A DNA stretch of 64,000 bases from a virus (lineage: Duplodnaviria; Caudoviricetes). The DNA lies in IMG/VR virus record IMGVR_UViG_3300033121_002101, positions 132,532 to 196,531 of that record, one strand, 5' to 3'. Below are positions 28,734 to 38,276 of the stretch, piece by piece. Under the pieces are notes generated by a model. It was not told the DNA's origin and searched no databases. It was given only the letters and a program-made list of their open reading frames with translations. Within the stretch, counting starts at the first letter, position 1. Each line of letters starts with the position of its first letter. The translations under genes and the position numbers were made by a program.

Positions 28734-29430
28734 TCAACGAAAATAAATTATCAATTCGTGATGCTAGACGTAGAGCAGAATCTTTGCTGATTACAGGAGC
28801 TCTCCAAGAATTACGAGGGCTATAGATCTGTAATCCAGTACTAACCCACTGAACTGCAAGTCTTGTATCATAATAGTAACCTTTACAGTCTCTAATCGTT
28901 TTGCGAGCAAGTTTCCAAGATGAATCATCAGCGCTTACAGATGAGAAAGGGTCTAGTCTGTAACCAAACAAACATGCACTAAATTTATCATTTCGCTTTC
29001 TTCCGATATCAATAAACTTACAATCCCTGTTTTCAATTACTTGCATCAACGTAAGATAAAAATCATTTGAATTAATATCATCGCAGCAAATTGCAAGTTC
29101 AACGTCTCTGCTTTTCTCAATTACAAATCCAGTTGACTCGCAGATATTACATGATGCATCTTTGCACATCTTACAATGAAAAAGCTCAGTGTCGTAAGGA
29201 ATTTCAGTTGTAACTTTTACTGTTTCGTATGATGCATCAATAATTTTTCTACACTCTTTGCATGTTACGATGTAATGATCGCCATCATATACATCATCAA
29301 TATTCAAATTGACGCGCTTGCCTCCGTAAGACTCTAACAATTCATCATGAACTTGTTCACACATTGCATATGTTCTGTCATAACCATTCTCAAGAATTTT
29401 ATAAAAAAGATGACCTCTGTCTAGTGTCAC
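28723..29430 (-). CDS. hypothetical Cys-rich protein
   Basis: 235 aa; CxxC pairs. Confidence 0.65.
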   Translation of the reverse strand: MTLDRGHLFYKILENGYDRTYAMCEQVHDELLESYGGKRVNLNIDDVYDGDHYIVTCKECRKIIDASYETVKVTTEIPYDTELFHCKMCKDASCNICESTGFVIEKSRDVELAICCDDINSNDFYLTLMQVIENRDCKFIDIGRKRNDKFSACLFGYRLDPFSSVSADDSSWKLARKTIRDCKGYYYDTRLAVQWVSTGLQIYSPRNSWRAPVISKDSALRLASRIDNLFSLIDM

Positions 29431-29927
29431 TGTGCGACTCCTTTTAATAGCGATTTTGCTTCTTCTTCATCATTGCAATATCTTTTTACAACAATTAGAA
29501 GATCATTAATTGGTCCAACAAAATCAACTGTTGGCCAACCGTTTGGACCGTGTGCGCATACAAGTTTAAAACTAACACTTGTACCACTGCACAGTTCTTT
29601 TTCTGCTTTATCGATATCGATAAAATCACAACAGATATCGTTGTTTGGAATGCTAAAGATTTTTTTGCCAAACACTTGCTTAACTCTTTCGTTAAGAAGT
29701 TTCTTCAAGGAAATCTTATCTTCAGGCGAAAGAACTCCGCCCTTATCCATTCCATCAATGTCATATGCAAGCAAATTTAGATCATGTGGAAGTTTCACTG
29801 CGTGCGGATATCTTTCAAGCGTTTTGTTTCTCATTCGAAGAATAATTGGATTACCGATTTTTGAAACAGCAAGAACACCATTACGCACGAATGCATAATA
29901 GTGCACAGACTCTTCTTCAGCAAGCAT
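29427..29927 (-). CDS. hypothetical protein
   Basis: GPNGWPTVDFVG motif; AGGA RBS. Confidence 0.65.
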   Translation of the reverse strand: MLAEEESVHYYAFVRNGVLAVSKIGNPIILRMRNKTLERYPHAVKLPHDLNLLAYDIDGMDKGGVLSPEDKISLKKLLNERVKQVFGKKIFSIPNNDICCDFIDIDKAEKELCSGTSVSFKLVCAHGPNGWPTVDFVGPINDLLIVVKRYCNDEEEAKSLLKGVAQ

Positions 29928-29941
29928 GTAAAATCCTTTTG

Positions 29942-30178
29942 CTAATGTTTTCTATAAAAATGTTTGTACATTTTTTTTGCAAAAAAGAAATTTGGTGCCC
30001 AAAACTTTTTCTTTTGTTTTAAACCTTCAAAACAAGAAAGATATTTTTCACGTGGTGAATAATCTGAAGACTTTATCAACATGTCTTCACATTCATTACA
30101 CCAAAGTTCAAAATAGCCTGCTGTAAAAGGTGACAAGTCACTTACAAGAAACAGCAAATTTAATTTGAATTTATTCAT
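29942..30178 (-). CDS. hypothetical protein
   Basis: packed ORF. Confidence 0.5.
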   Translation of the reverse strand: MNKFKLNLLFLVSDLSPFTAGYFELWCNECEDMLIKSSDYSPREKYLSCFEGLKQKKKFWAPNFFFAKKMYKHFYRKH

Positions 30179-30179
30179 T

Positions 30180-30551
30180 TTATTTCAAACGTTTTGAATC
30201 TGAAAGCAAAACAGCAAACGTAATTGGATCATTTCTTAAAAGATATGAATACTGCTTAACTTGCGGATTACAGATTTGGCAGCTACTTGAGTCACTCTTA
30301 TTTACAAACAAATCGTAACAATCAGCGTAAAATTCTTCAACAGCCCAAGAAAGATATTTTTTAGCATTTTGATAATCTAAAACAGAATCCATTTTTTCAA
30401 GAAAATCAATAACGAATTCTGTCATTTCGTCTTGATCATTTGAAATAACTATTCCATCTGGAAAAAATCGTTTAAAGAAATCAATGCCTGGATCACATGC
30501 ACTAACGTTGTCTAACAATGTTAAATCTACTTTAAATGTTTTTCTTGTCAT
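30180..30551 (-). CDS. hypothetical protein, family B (ISNDQDEM)
   Basis: AC..GI.FF...FP.G..ISNDQDEM shared with 36401 and 59743. Confidence 0.7.
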   Translation of the reverse strand: MTRKTFKVDLTLLDNVSACDPGIDFFKRFFPDGIVISNDQDEMTEFVIDFLEKMDSVLDYQNAKKYLSWAVEEFYADCYDLFVNKSDSSSCQICNPQVKQYSYLLRNDPITFAVLLSDSKRLK

Positions 30552-30954
30552 TTTTTTCCTTTTCTTGTTCTTGTTGCTTCTTAAAAACTTTTTCAAATGT
30601 ATCTTGAATTCTTATTGCAACATCATACATCAATGACGTAACTTTTTTTGCGCTACAATCTTTTGAACGTTCAAACTGAACAACTGCGCGGTATCCTTTT
30701 ACTTTCAATTCATCATTCACAAAATCAAGCAAACGATAAAAACGTACAGACGGTGCGACAGTTGCAGCCATCATCGCAGTTGTTATTGAAAATTCAATTG
30801 CATCTGCTGAATCACATGTTAAGTGTCTTCCGCGCTTATCTACAATCTTTGGTTCTTTTGACCAACCTCTTGATAAAAGCTTTTGAGAAACGACGAGATC
30901 ATCAAGTGTCGACTCTAACTCGTCAAGAGACAGCCATGTACGGCTGTTTTCCAT
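30532..30954 (-). CDS. hypothetical protein
   Basis: packed ORF. Confidence 0.6.
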   Translation of the reverse strand: MENSRTWLSLDELESTLDDLVVSQKLLSRGWSKEPKIVDKRGRHLTCDSADAIEFSITTAMMAATVAPSVRFYRLLDFVNDELKVKGYRAVVQFERSKDCSAKKVTSLMYDVAIRIQDTFEKVFKKQQEQEKEKNDKKNI

Positions 30955-31193
30955 TACGAAAGTCTTTCAACCTCGTAAAGGTCTTTTCTAGCAATTACAT
31001 TGCTAGAGAGATACGAGCCTGCACTAGAAGCTTGCATAATGTCATACAAGAGTGATTGAGCACCCTTGTACTTGTAAACACTTCCATTACAAAACTCTAC
31101 AACAAGACTATCTGCTGTATAGCCAAGCTTGTTGATTAAACTAGAATCAAGTACTTTCGTATGCCATACAATTTCATGTTCTAACATATTCAA
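30954..31193 (-). CDS. KTSC domain protein
   Basis: SSLINKLGY...LVVEF.NGSVYKY...ASSAGSY. Confidence 0.85.
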   Translation of the reverse strand: MNMLEHEIVWHTKVLDSSLINKLGYTADSLVVEFCNGSVYKYKGAQSLLYDIMQASSAGSYLSSNVIARKDLYEVERLS

Positions 31194-31717
31194 TCTACCT
31201 CATCTCCAATGTTTGCATTTGGCGAAATAGCAACACCACGTTCGCGCGCAAAATCCTTAATGAGCTTTGCACGCTTGATCTTTTCCTCGGGCGACTCTGC
31301 AGTAGCAGCACGTCGCTGAGCAATAGAATTCGGAAGCTTAGGAACGAATGCGGACTTCTTCTCAGCAACTTGAGGTGCAGCAGTATTCATCCAAACAAAA
31401 ACACTGCGGAGATTATCGAATGCACCTTCACAATTAGTATCAACTTCCTTGATAGCGCTTCCATTCGACTTACGAATGGGAATGATTCCCTTAAAGACAG
31501 GGGCGCCATCAACTTCTGGAATACCAAAGTTCGGATCAAACGTCAAGTCAATACGACGAACAGTTGCGGATCGAGCAATATAAACACGGTGACCCTGCGG
31601 TCCGCTGATCTTAAAAAATGCAGCTTGCTCACTGCAAGACCAGCGGTCTGTCATTACTTCTTCGAGAAGCTTAGAAATATCGTCCCAAAGGATACCGTTC
31701 TTGCGAGTGCCAGCCAT
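31190..31717 (-). CDS. hypothetical protein, dispersed family A
   Basis: GGAGG RBS; EQAAFFKISGPQGHRVYIARSATVRRIDLTF. Confidence 0.78.
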   Translation of the reverse strand: MAGTRKNGILWDDISKLLEEVMTDRWSCSEQAAFFKISGPQGHRVYIARSATVRRIDLTFDPNFGIPEVDGAPVFKGIIPIRKSNGSAIKEVDTNCEGAFDNLRSVFVWMNTAAPQVAEKKSAFVPKLPNSIAQRRAATAESPEEKIKRAKLIKDFARERGVAISPNANIGDEVD

Positions 31718-31860
31718 AAATACCTCCAATGTTTATTTCATGAATTGAACAATTTCAATTCATTTTATTATCATCGAATGTTGTCGTTTGATGATTTATT
31801 ATAAATCATTTTTTCAACAATGTTTATAAACATTGTTTATGTTCGTTAACGTAAGATATG

Positions 31861-32580
31861 CTATCGATCGTTATGAACAACAAGCAAAAAATAGTATCTC
31901 ATATCTGCTATTAGTTGCTTTTTTGTTGATGCTGGAATACGATAACTCCAGTAGTGGCTGTCAATAATTACTTCTGAACACATTTCTCTGCAAATGATTT
32001 CAGCTTGTTCAATACTGTAATCTTTAAAACAATTGTTATCTCCAGTAAGACAATACAAAACTTCTTTTGGATTATCAATGAATGGATATGACAGCGGATC
32101 AGAATAAACAGTTATGTGCTTGCCTTCAGCCCATCTAAACTTAGAAGGTGCACCTTTCCACGGATTCGGTATACAAATTGATTTAACGGGAGCACTCCCA
32201 ATAAGACCACCCAATCTATCTGAAGAAATAATTGCCATAGCATAAAAGTCTCTACTATCGAGCATCTCTTTCCGTGAGATAGAATCAATGTTATTGAATT
32301 TCATTTCTCCAATATAAACATTATCGCCATTGTAAACAACGTCTTTTAAACAGAAGCCTTTGTTTTTGATAGAAGTATTTACGTATGTTACACTATCTTT
32401 TGCATTTCCAATAAATTCATACAAGTAGTATGCAATTGTGCCAGCGGGCATTTCATCAAATTTGTCAACAAAAACTGCTTTGATGTAACCAAACTTGCAA
32501 TCATCACATTCACTTACAAGGTTGAAGTTAAGAACTCCAGCACCTTTTTTACCACACTTTGGGCAATCAAACATGTTCAT
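31861..32580 (-). CDS. hypothetical protein with N-terminal Zn ribbon
   Basis: CPKCG...CDDC. Confidence 0.65.
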   Translation of the reverse strand: MNMFDCPKCGKKGAGVLNFNLVSECDDCKFGYIKAVFVDKFDEMPAGTIAYYLYEFIGNAKDSVTYVNTSIKNKGFCLKDVVYNGDNVYIGEMKFNNIDSISRKEMLDSRDFYAMAIISSDRLGGLIGSAPVKSICIPNPWKGAPSKFRWAEGKHITVYSDPLSYPFIDNPKEVLYCLTGDNNCFKDYSIEQAEIICREMCSEVIIDSHYWSYRIPASTKKQLIADMRYYFLLVVHNDR

Positions 32581-32622
32581 GTCCTCTCTATTATTTAGTG
32601 AAGAGATGAAAAAGAGAAGAAT

Positions 32623-32829
32623 TTACTCTTCGTCTACGAAATCAGAATATTCATCTGAAGATACACTGACATGTTTGGCATGACGCTTGCGCTCACGCTT
32701 CTCTTGTAGCTCAGCTTCTTGCCACATAATGTCTGCCATCGTTTGATAGCCAGAATTGTAAAGCTCTTGTGCAGAAGCTCGAAGCACTTCAGCAGACCTA
32801 CGCTCAGTTAATTGATTCTTTAGCTGCAT
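32623..32829 (-). CDS. hypothetical protein (paralogue of 54482)
   Basis: LRASAQELYNSGYQTMA. Confidence 0.6.
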   Translation of the reverse strand: MQLKNQLTERRSAEVLRASAQELYNSGYQTMADIMWQEAELQEKRERKRHAKHVSVSSDEYSDFVDEE

Positions 32830-33380
32830 TTTATTTACTTTCTAATGCTATAAACCATTGGACGGCAACCTTCATTGTTGCATCCAGATCCAGCCCTGTT
32901 TACAGAGCACTCAATTGGAACAAGTTCTCTGCGTGGGTTTTCGCTATCCCACTGAACAGATACAGAGCAAGTAACATATCCGTTATCGTCTGTATCACGT
33001 GTTTGACAATTAACGTTATAGTGTGATGCTCATCCATAGTTCTCCTGTGCAAACTGTTCTGCAAATTTCTTTGCGTCTCCCTGTCCGTTTATAATGCTAC
33101 AAGCAGCAATGCTTGCAACAACACAACACGCTAAGAAAATAGAAAATTTATTCATATTACTCTATAACTCCAATCAACTGTTAAGTGCGAAATAAACAAT
33201 TCCCATTACGGAATTTACAAAACCACTGACAGCCATACAGACAAATGAAAATCCACCGATATTACTCGTCCATAAAGAAAGCAAAAAGAAGAAGTAAAAT
33301 AAAAGCAAGAAACACAATAGATAGAACAAGCATGGCAATCAACATATTATAGTTTCCTTTTTTTATTAAGTTACAATTCG

Positions 33381-33453
33381 TGGGCCCTGTAGGATTTGCA
33401 CCTACAACCAACCGGTTATGAGCTGGCTGCTCTGACTGCTGAGCTAAGGGCCC
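33381..33453 (-). tRNA. tRNA-Ile2/Met(CAU)
   Basis: GGGCCCT/AGGGCCC acceptor, CT-CAT-AA; T loop reads GGTGCAAATC. Confidence 0.88.
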
Positions 33454-33659
33454 GCCAACAACAACCATACACCAATCTGCATGTTACTTTGTAATAGAAG
33501 CAGCACGCCTGAGAGTCTTTACAACAAGCGCTCTATCATCTTTGTTTGCTTCTACGAGTGATTTAGAGAAAACATTCACTGCATCTGTAACATTTGCAAG
33601 ATCTTCTTTCTCTAGAGCATGTTCAATGCGTTCTGCGAAACGAAGGATTAAATCCTGCA

Positions 33660-33992
33660 TCAGTCATCATACTCCTGCGTATTCTTCGCAGCTTCCTTCT
33701 TCTTCTGCTTGTTCACAGACTTGCTGCCGCGCTTGGAACGCCTAGCCGCAGCTCGCGTCTCAACAATATAGGCAGGAGTAGCTCTCGGTGGATGCTTCGC
33801 GAAATGCTTGTTGTCAAGCCAGGTGTGAATGGCCTTTACAAGATCGCCGTTGTAACCATCTTCACTCTCTTTGTTTTCAAACTTAGCAAGAAAATTGTGC
33901 GCAAAAGTTTTCATAGAAACTTTTGGCGATAGCTTCTTCCAAGCAAAATGAACAAAACCAAAAGTACTCGGACTAGTGTTCGTATTACCCAT
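33660..33992 (-). CDS. hypothetical basic protein
   Basis: GGAG RBS. Confidence 0.6.
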   Translation of the reverse strand: MGNTNTSPSTFGFVHFAWKKLSPKVSMKTFAHNFLAKFENKESEDGYNGDLVKAIHTWLDNKHFAKHPPRATPAYIVETRAAARRSKRGSKSVNKQKKKEAAKNTQEYDD

Positions 33993-34010
33993 ATGTAACT
34001 CCGTCAGTTG

Positions 34011-34457
34011 TTAAGTAGCAACAAAATTGTCATCGAGGTTTTTTCGCCACGCATGAAACAATTCATCAACATCATTTTGATCAATGTACGGTGGCACTAA
34101 TGCCAATGCAACTGTAATGACACCGCGCTTATACATACAAACACCTGGAATAGTATTGTCACAAACATTATCTGGAATTCCTCCAAGAATATTTGTGACT
34201 TCTGAAAAACCAAAATCATTAGATACTGCTTGAGTCGTAGAAACGATTGCTGGACCGATTGAATCAAACGACGTCCAATCATCTTCTGTATTCCTCCATG
34301 CTCTAATAAGAACACGAACTTCTTTTGGAATTTTTCCACTTGCAACTGCTTTTGCAACTGCATTTAAATGTTTAGCTGTCGCTTTACAATTAACATCAAC
34401 TTTACTTGCAAGACAGCTAATCAGCTTATGGTCTGCTGAATGGTGTTGAATAATCAT
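34011..34457 (-). CDS. hypothetical protein
   Basis: GGAG RBS directly after tRNA-Gly. Confidence 0.65.
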   Translation of the reverse strand: MIIQHHSADHKLISCLASKVDVNCKATAKHLNAVAKAVASGKIPKEVRVLIRAWRNTEDDWTSFDSIGPAIVSTTQAVSNDFGFSEVTNILGGIPDNVCDNTIPGVCMYKRGVITVALALVPPYIDQNDVDELFHAWRKNLDDNFVAT

Positions 34458-34471
34458 TTAACAACTCCGAG

Positions 34472-34543
34472 AGCGAGTGGCGGGATTCGAACCCGCATCT
34501 TACGGCTTGGAAGGCCGACACACTGCCATTGTGCTACACTCGC
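34472..34543 (-). tRNA. tRNA-Gly(UCC)
   Basis: GCGAGTG/CACTCGC, CT-TCC-AA, GGTTCGAATC, U73. Confidence 0.95.
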
Positions 34544-34768
34544 AATATGTAACATGCGTTTATTTTGCATATTACATAATATTACTTATATTACAACATT
34601 TCATCGAACGTTAAATTTTACATTAACGTCCAATGATACGAAGAAAAAGCTGAGGAAGTATCTCAGAGAAGATGATGTAAACAGCTCTAAATATGTGGTA
34701 AACTCCGATGATAATATCGGACATTCCCCACACAATAGCAGCTAACCCTAAAATCATTACTGCTGAAA

Positions 34769-35215
34769 TCATAGAGGTCCTGTCATTCTTTCCAAGTTGC
34801 TTGGAATGATGTTGATGTTCCAAGTAACTTTTTTTGCAGATTGAAGCCCGCCATCAACATACACAGCACCAATTACAGCTTCGACTGCATCTGCAATCAT
34901 GTTGCGGTTATTGCTCAAGTTTGCATTCTTACCGAATGAGCTTCTAATATACTTTGGCAAATTGATATTTCTTGCAATGTCTGCAAGTCGCTCTGTGCGA
35001 ACAAGAGAAGCTCTAACAGTAGAAAGCCAACCTTCATCTCTGTTTGGATGGTAATTGAATAAAGCATCAGCGACTAGAATATCAAGAACAGAATCTCCAA
35101 GATATTCTAGTCGCTCATTGTTTGGCTTGCCAAGGCTTCTGTGTGTCAAAGCAAGACACAGATTGTCAATGTTATACCACCTATGGCCAAGCTGTTTGAT
35201 AAGCTCTGACAGCAT
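34769..35215 (-). CDS. rnc: ribonuclease III catalytic domain without dsRBD
   Basis: ALTHRS, NERLEYLGDSVL signature, EGWLSTVRASLV, ADAVEAVIGAVYVDGG; ends before a dsRBD. Confidence 0.92.
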   Translation of the reverse strand: MLSELIKQLGHRWYNIDNLCLALTHRSLGKPNNERLEYLGDSVLDILVADALFNYHPNRDEGWLSTVRASLVRTERLADIARNINLPKYIRSSFGKNANLSNNRNMIADAVEAVIGAVYVDGGLQSAKKVTWNINIIPSNLERMTGPL

Positions 35216-35216
35216 C

Positions 35217-35627
35217 TTAGTTACACTCGGTGATGATAGGCTTTGCGGAGGTCCAAGCAACAACATCTGCACCAGACATCACGTATGCACCAGCGAGAAT
35301 CTCAGTAACTTTATAACAATCGAATGATGCAGTATACATCATCTCATCATGACCAAGCTTATCGAAAAACAGTTTGCTATCGCGAAACAAACCAGCTTCA
35401 GAATTGACAAAAACATAAGACCTGACAACAAATCCACTGAGGTCAAGATCAAGTTTGACATCAACAGAAACATCTGCAACGAGTGGGTTTACACTGTGGT
35501 CTGCAGAAGTTACAACTGAAATACTGTCGACATGCTGCACAGCAGCATCAACATCTACATGATCATCTGCACCACCAGAACAAGCAGCTACGATAGAAGC
35601 AATAAAGAAAACATTGATGTTACGCAT
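35217..35627 (-). CDS. putative lipoprotein (paralogue of 51353)
   Basis: signal peptide with VAAC lipobox. Confidence 0.65.
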   Translation of the reverse strand: MRNINVFFIASIVAACSGGADDHVDVDAAVQHVDSISVVTSADHSVNPLVADVSVDVKLDLDLSGFVVRSYVFVNSEAGLFRDSKLFFDKLGHDEMMYTASFDCYKVTEILAGAYVMSGADVVAWTSAKPIITECN

Positions 35628-35762
35628 AGCAATATCCTTTTCTGTTAATTACTCGTCACATTAACGAGCAATTAATCGAATAAGATATTAAACACTTTAC
35701 CAAAGACAGGCCACAAGGGTTTCTCTAAGTGTGAAAGAGGCGCAGACTTTTCGCTGCCTAGT

Positions 35763-36044
35763 TTATTCCCAGCACTTCAAACCGTCATCATCTTCGACCA
35801 AATCAAAGATATTGCCAAACCTGTCAGCTAAACAAACATCACAACCTTCATACAAAAGTACAGCTTCAGAAGGCCATGGAACACCATCTCTAATAATGTT
35901 GCTTGCGTAATCAAGCTTTTCCCATTCTGCATATTCAGAGTCTAATTCACGAAGGACTAAAAAAGAATCCTGCATTGTCTCTGAAGGATCTCCAAAAGGA
36001 ATGAATTCACCAAGACCTGAATCGACAACAAAAAGCTGATACAT
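35763..36044 (-). CDS. hypothetical acidic protein
   Basis: coupled ORF. Confidence 0.6.
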   Translation of the reverse strand: MYQLFVVDSGLGEFIPFGDPSETMQDSFLVLRELDSEYAEWEKLDYASNIIRDGVPWPSEAVLLYEGCDVCLADRFGNIFDLVEDDDGLKCWE

Positions 36045-36268
36045 TAGTTCTTATCCTTTTTGTACATTTCATCAAGCATTGTTTTTAACAATGATTCAGC
36101 ATTTGGAATGCCAGAAGTCATATCTCTTATTCGAATAAAAAGATATGATACGATAAGCATAACAGGAAGATCAGGGTAATCATCAAGAAAGCCTATAATA
36201 AGATTATCAACATCTTTAGCCATGTTGATATAGTCTTTATCTTCAATATAAGAAGTAGGCTTTTTCAT
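36044..36268 (-). CDS. hypothetical protein
   Basis: starts right after tRNA-Ile. Confidence 0.55.
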   Translation of the reverse strand: MKKPTSYIEDKDYINMAKDVDNLIIGFLDDYPDLPVMLIVSYLFIRIRDMTSGIPNAESLLKTMLDEMYKKDKN

Positions 36269-36271
36269 TCG

Positions 36272-36344
36272 TCGTCCAGAGCAGATTTGAACTGCCGACC
36301 CCTCGCTTATAAGGCAAGTGCTCTAACCGCTGAGCTACTGGACA
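36272..36344 (-). tRNA. tRNA-Ile(UAU), normal length
   Basis: TGTCCAG/CTGGACG, CT-TAT-AA, AGTTCAAATC. Confidence 0.9.
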
Positions 36345-36400
36345 ATTTATTAATTTAATAATATAACGTTAAAAATTGCATTTCAACGTTCATTACATGA

Positions 36401-36718
36401 TTACTTCAACAGATGAATATCTGAAAGAAATGCAGCTGCATCAAAAACACTAATTTGCTTGTGCAGTTGCTTTCTATCAAAACCAGAAATATAGCAACCA
36501 GCAACTGCACCTTTGTTACAATGCACATCTAACAAATATGCAACATCAAATGCAATATCATCATCGAAATAAATATCAGCAAACAGATCATTCATTTCAT
36601 CTTGATCATTACTGATTTTCAATCCTTCTGGAAAATAATAGTTAAATGTTCCAATAGTTCCATCAAGAGCACCTAGCTCTTCAAGCATAACATCAGTCAA
36701 AATAATGCTTTTATACAT
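36401..36718 (-). CDS. hypothetical protein, family B
   Basis: FPEGLKISNDQDEMNDL. Confidence 0.7.
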   Translation of the reverse strand: MYKSIILTDVMLEELGALDGTIGTFNYYFPEGLKISNDQDEMNDLFADIYFDDDIAFDVAYLLDVHCNKGAVAGCYISGFDRKQLHKQISVFDAAAFLSDIHLLK

Positions 36719-36776
36719 TGTATTTTTACCTTGTTTGTTGGTTTATATTTTGAGAAGCTTATTTGCAATTATTTCG

Positions 36777-36848
36777 TACGCAAAGTAGGGATTGAACCTA
36801 CGACCACTGCCTTGTAAAGGCAGCGCTCTGCCGCTGAGCTATTTGCGC
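36777..36848 (-). tRNA. tRNA-Val(UAC)
   Basis: GCGCAAA/TTTGCGT, TT-TAC-AA, GGTTCAATCC. Confidence 0.93.
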
Positions 36849-36864
36849 TTGTTGTCATAAAAAG

Positions 36865-36937
36865 TGCCCCTACTAAGACTCGAACCTAGATTTCACCGCT
36901 TAAAAAGCGGGTACTTTAACCATTAAGTTATAGAGGC
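36865..36937 (-). tRNA. tRNA-Lys(UUU), divergent body
   Basis: GCCTCTA/TAGGGGC, TT-TTT-AA, GGTTCGAGTC. Confidence 0.85.
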
Positions 36938-36971
36938 AAATAACCACAACCCAATTGTGGTTAACATTTTA

Positions 36972-37142
36972 TTACGTTCTATCAATTTTCTTTTTTGAAG
37001 AACGCGTTCGTCTACTGATTGTATTGCGTTTAGCTATCGTTTGAGGAGAAGTAACTTGTCCAACCCATTCAGTTGGAATCTCTACAAGTTTACCTCTGCG
37101 CATTCTGTAAAATTTTCCATCAACTTCTATTCGTTTAGCCAT
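36972..37142 (-). CDS. small basic protein (56 aa, not in ORF track)
   Basis: manual translation MAKRIEVDGKFYRMRRGKLVEIPTEWVGQVT... Confidence 0.65.
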   Translation of the reverse strand: MAKRIEVDGKFYRMRRGKLVEIPTEWVGQVTSPQTIAKRNTISRRTRSSKKKIDRT

Positions 37143-37153
37143 TTCTCACTTCT

Positions 37154-37408
37154 TTAAAATACAAGAACTTTCTGCTGACTAGTGTTCTTGAACATTGGAC
37201 TGCATCGCTTACAACCAATATTACCACATGGGCCACTAAGATGGCGACCCTTTCGTGCAAGTTTCTTTACTGCTTTCTTTGCACGCTTACTCTTGCTGTT
37301 TACACCAGCAAGCTTCATCTGCTCATAACGAGCACGATTGGCAGCCTTGATCTTACGCTTTGCAGACTTACGCTCTTCAGAACGACGCTTCTTAGAACTC
37401 TTAGACAT
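37154..37408 (-). CDS. very basic small protein with C-terminal H/C cluster
   Basis: AGGA RBS; H...PCGNIGCKRC. Confidence 0.7.
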   Translation of the reverse strand: MSKSSKKRRSEERKSAKRKIKAANRARYEQMKLAGVNSKSKRAKKAVKKLARKGRHLSGPCGNIGCKRCSPMFKNTSQQKVLVF

Positions 37409-37432
37409 TGTAATTTCCTTTTTAAAAAGCCG

Positions 37433-37505
37433 TGACCCCACAGGGATTCGAACCCTGATTTGCAGCTTGAAAGGCTGCCATCCTAAACCCTTAGATGATG
37501 GGGCC
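37433..37505 (-). tRNA. tRNA-Glu(UUC)
   Basis: GGCCCCA/TGGGGTC, CT-TTC-AA, GGTTCGAATC. Confidence 0.93.
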
Positions 37506-37510
37506 AAAAG

Positions 37511-37583
37511 TGGGACCAGTAGGACTTGAACCTACAACCAGCGGGTTAAAAGCCCGTTGCTCTACCAATTGAGCTATGATCCC
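37511..37583 (-). tRNA. tRNA-Lys(UUU)
   Basis: GGGATCA/TGGTCCC, CT-TTT-AA, GGTTCAAGTC. Confidence 0.95.
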
Positions 37584-37669
37584 ATATCTTATAATCAACT
37601 TAATCTACTAGACTAAAACATCCACAATACCCACTGTAAAAGTGGGGTGGCGATGATTATAAGACATTG

Positions 37670-37751
37670 CTCCCAAGGCTGGACTCGAACCAACATTGAC
37701 CTTTCAATCCTCGGTTAACAGCCGAGTGCATTGCCATTATGCTACCTGGGA
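37670..37751 (-). tRNA. tRNA-Asn(GUU) with long variable arm
   Basis: TCCCAGG/CTTGGGA, CTCGG-CT-GTT-AA-CCGAG, V region GATTGAAAGGTCAAT, GGTTCGAGTC. Confidence 0.88.
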
Positions 37752-37756
37752 ATTCG

Positions 37757-37840
37757 TGGATTGCCATGGAATCGAACCATGCTGGCCTTTTGAGCTTACG
37801 ATCTACAGTCGTACCCGCATCCATAACGGTCTATCAATCC
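37757..37840 (-). tRNA. tRNA-Tyr(GUA)
   Basis: TACGA-CT-GTA-GA-TCGTA, V arm, GGTTCGATTC; atypical D arm. Confidence 0.85.
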
Positions 37841-37955
37841 TAGTTGCCAGCCTCACCATGCTGACATGTGCCACTTTACTATAGTACCCTCCTGGCTAGC
37901 AGGCTAATCGTAGAACAAGGTGTGGCATTTACTAGCAGCTTCCTAGTCACTTATC
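37841..37955 (-). ncRNA. candidate structured ncRNA between tRNA-Leu and tRNA-Tyr
   Basis: stems ACTAG/CTAGT, TGCCAC/GTGGCA enclosing CCTG/CAGG, TGTCAGC/GCTGGCA. Confidence 0.4.
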
Positions 37956-37967
37956 ATTTCTCAATCG

Positions 37968-38050
37968 TATCCAAAGCGGGACTCGAACCCGCACGGGCTT
38001 TAGCCCACCGGCTTTTAAGGCCAGCGCGTCTACCATTCCGCCATTCGGAC
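37968..38050 (-). tRNA. tRNA-Leu(UAA), canonical long V arm
   Basis: GGCGGAATGGTAGACGC D arm, CT-TAA-AA, GGGC-TAAA-GCCC V arm. Confidence 0.95.
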
Positions 38051-38157
38051 AAGAAATTTAATTTATAAGTTGTTGTTATCGTTTATATAATATATCTCAT
38101 TGTGATAAACTTAATTTTTTACTTCAATGTTTTACCTATTAAGTTTTAAAAGAAGAG

Positions 38158-38230
38158 TCAGAGTGACAGGATTCGAACCTGCGTGATCTTGCTCCCAAAG
38201 CAAGCGCCTAACCAACTAGACTACACTCTG
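38158..38230 (-). tRNA. tRNA-Pro(UGG)
   Basis: CAGAGTG/CACTCTG, TT-TGG-GA, GGTTCGAATC. Confidence 0.93.
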
Positions 38231-38276
38231 TGACTTGTGTATATATTCTACTATATCACAAGTAAAAACATCGTTT

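Noticed and set aside
35690-35762. GC-richer intergenic stretch as ncRNA
   Set aside because: Only weak short stems and no repeat elsewhere
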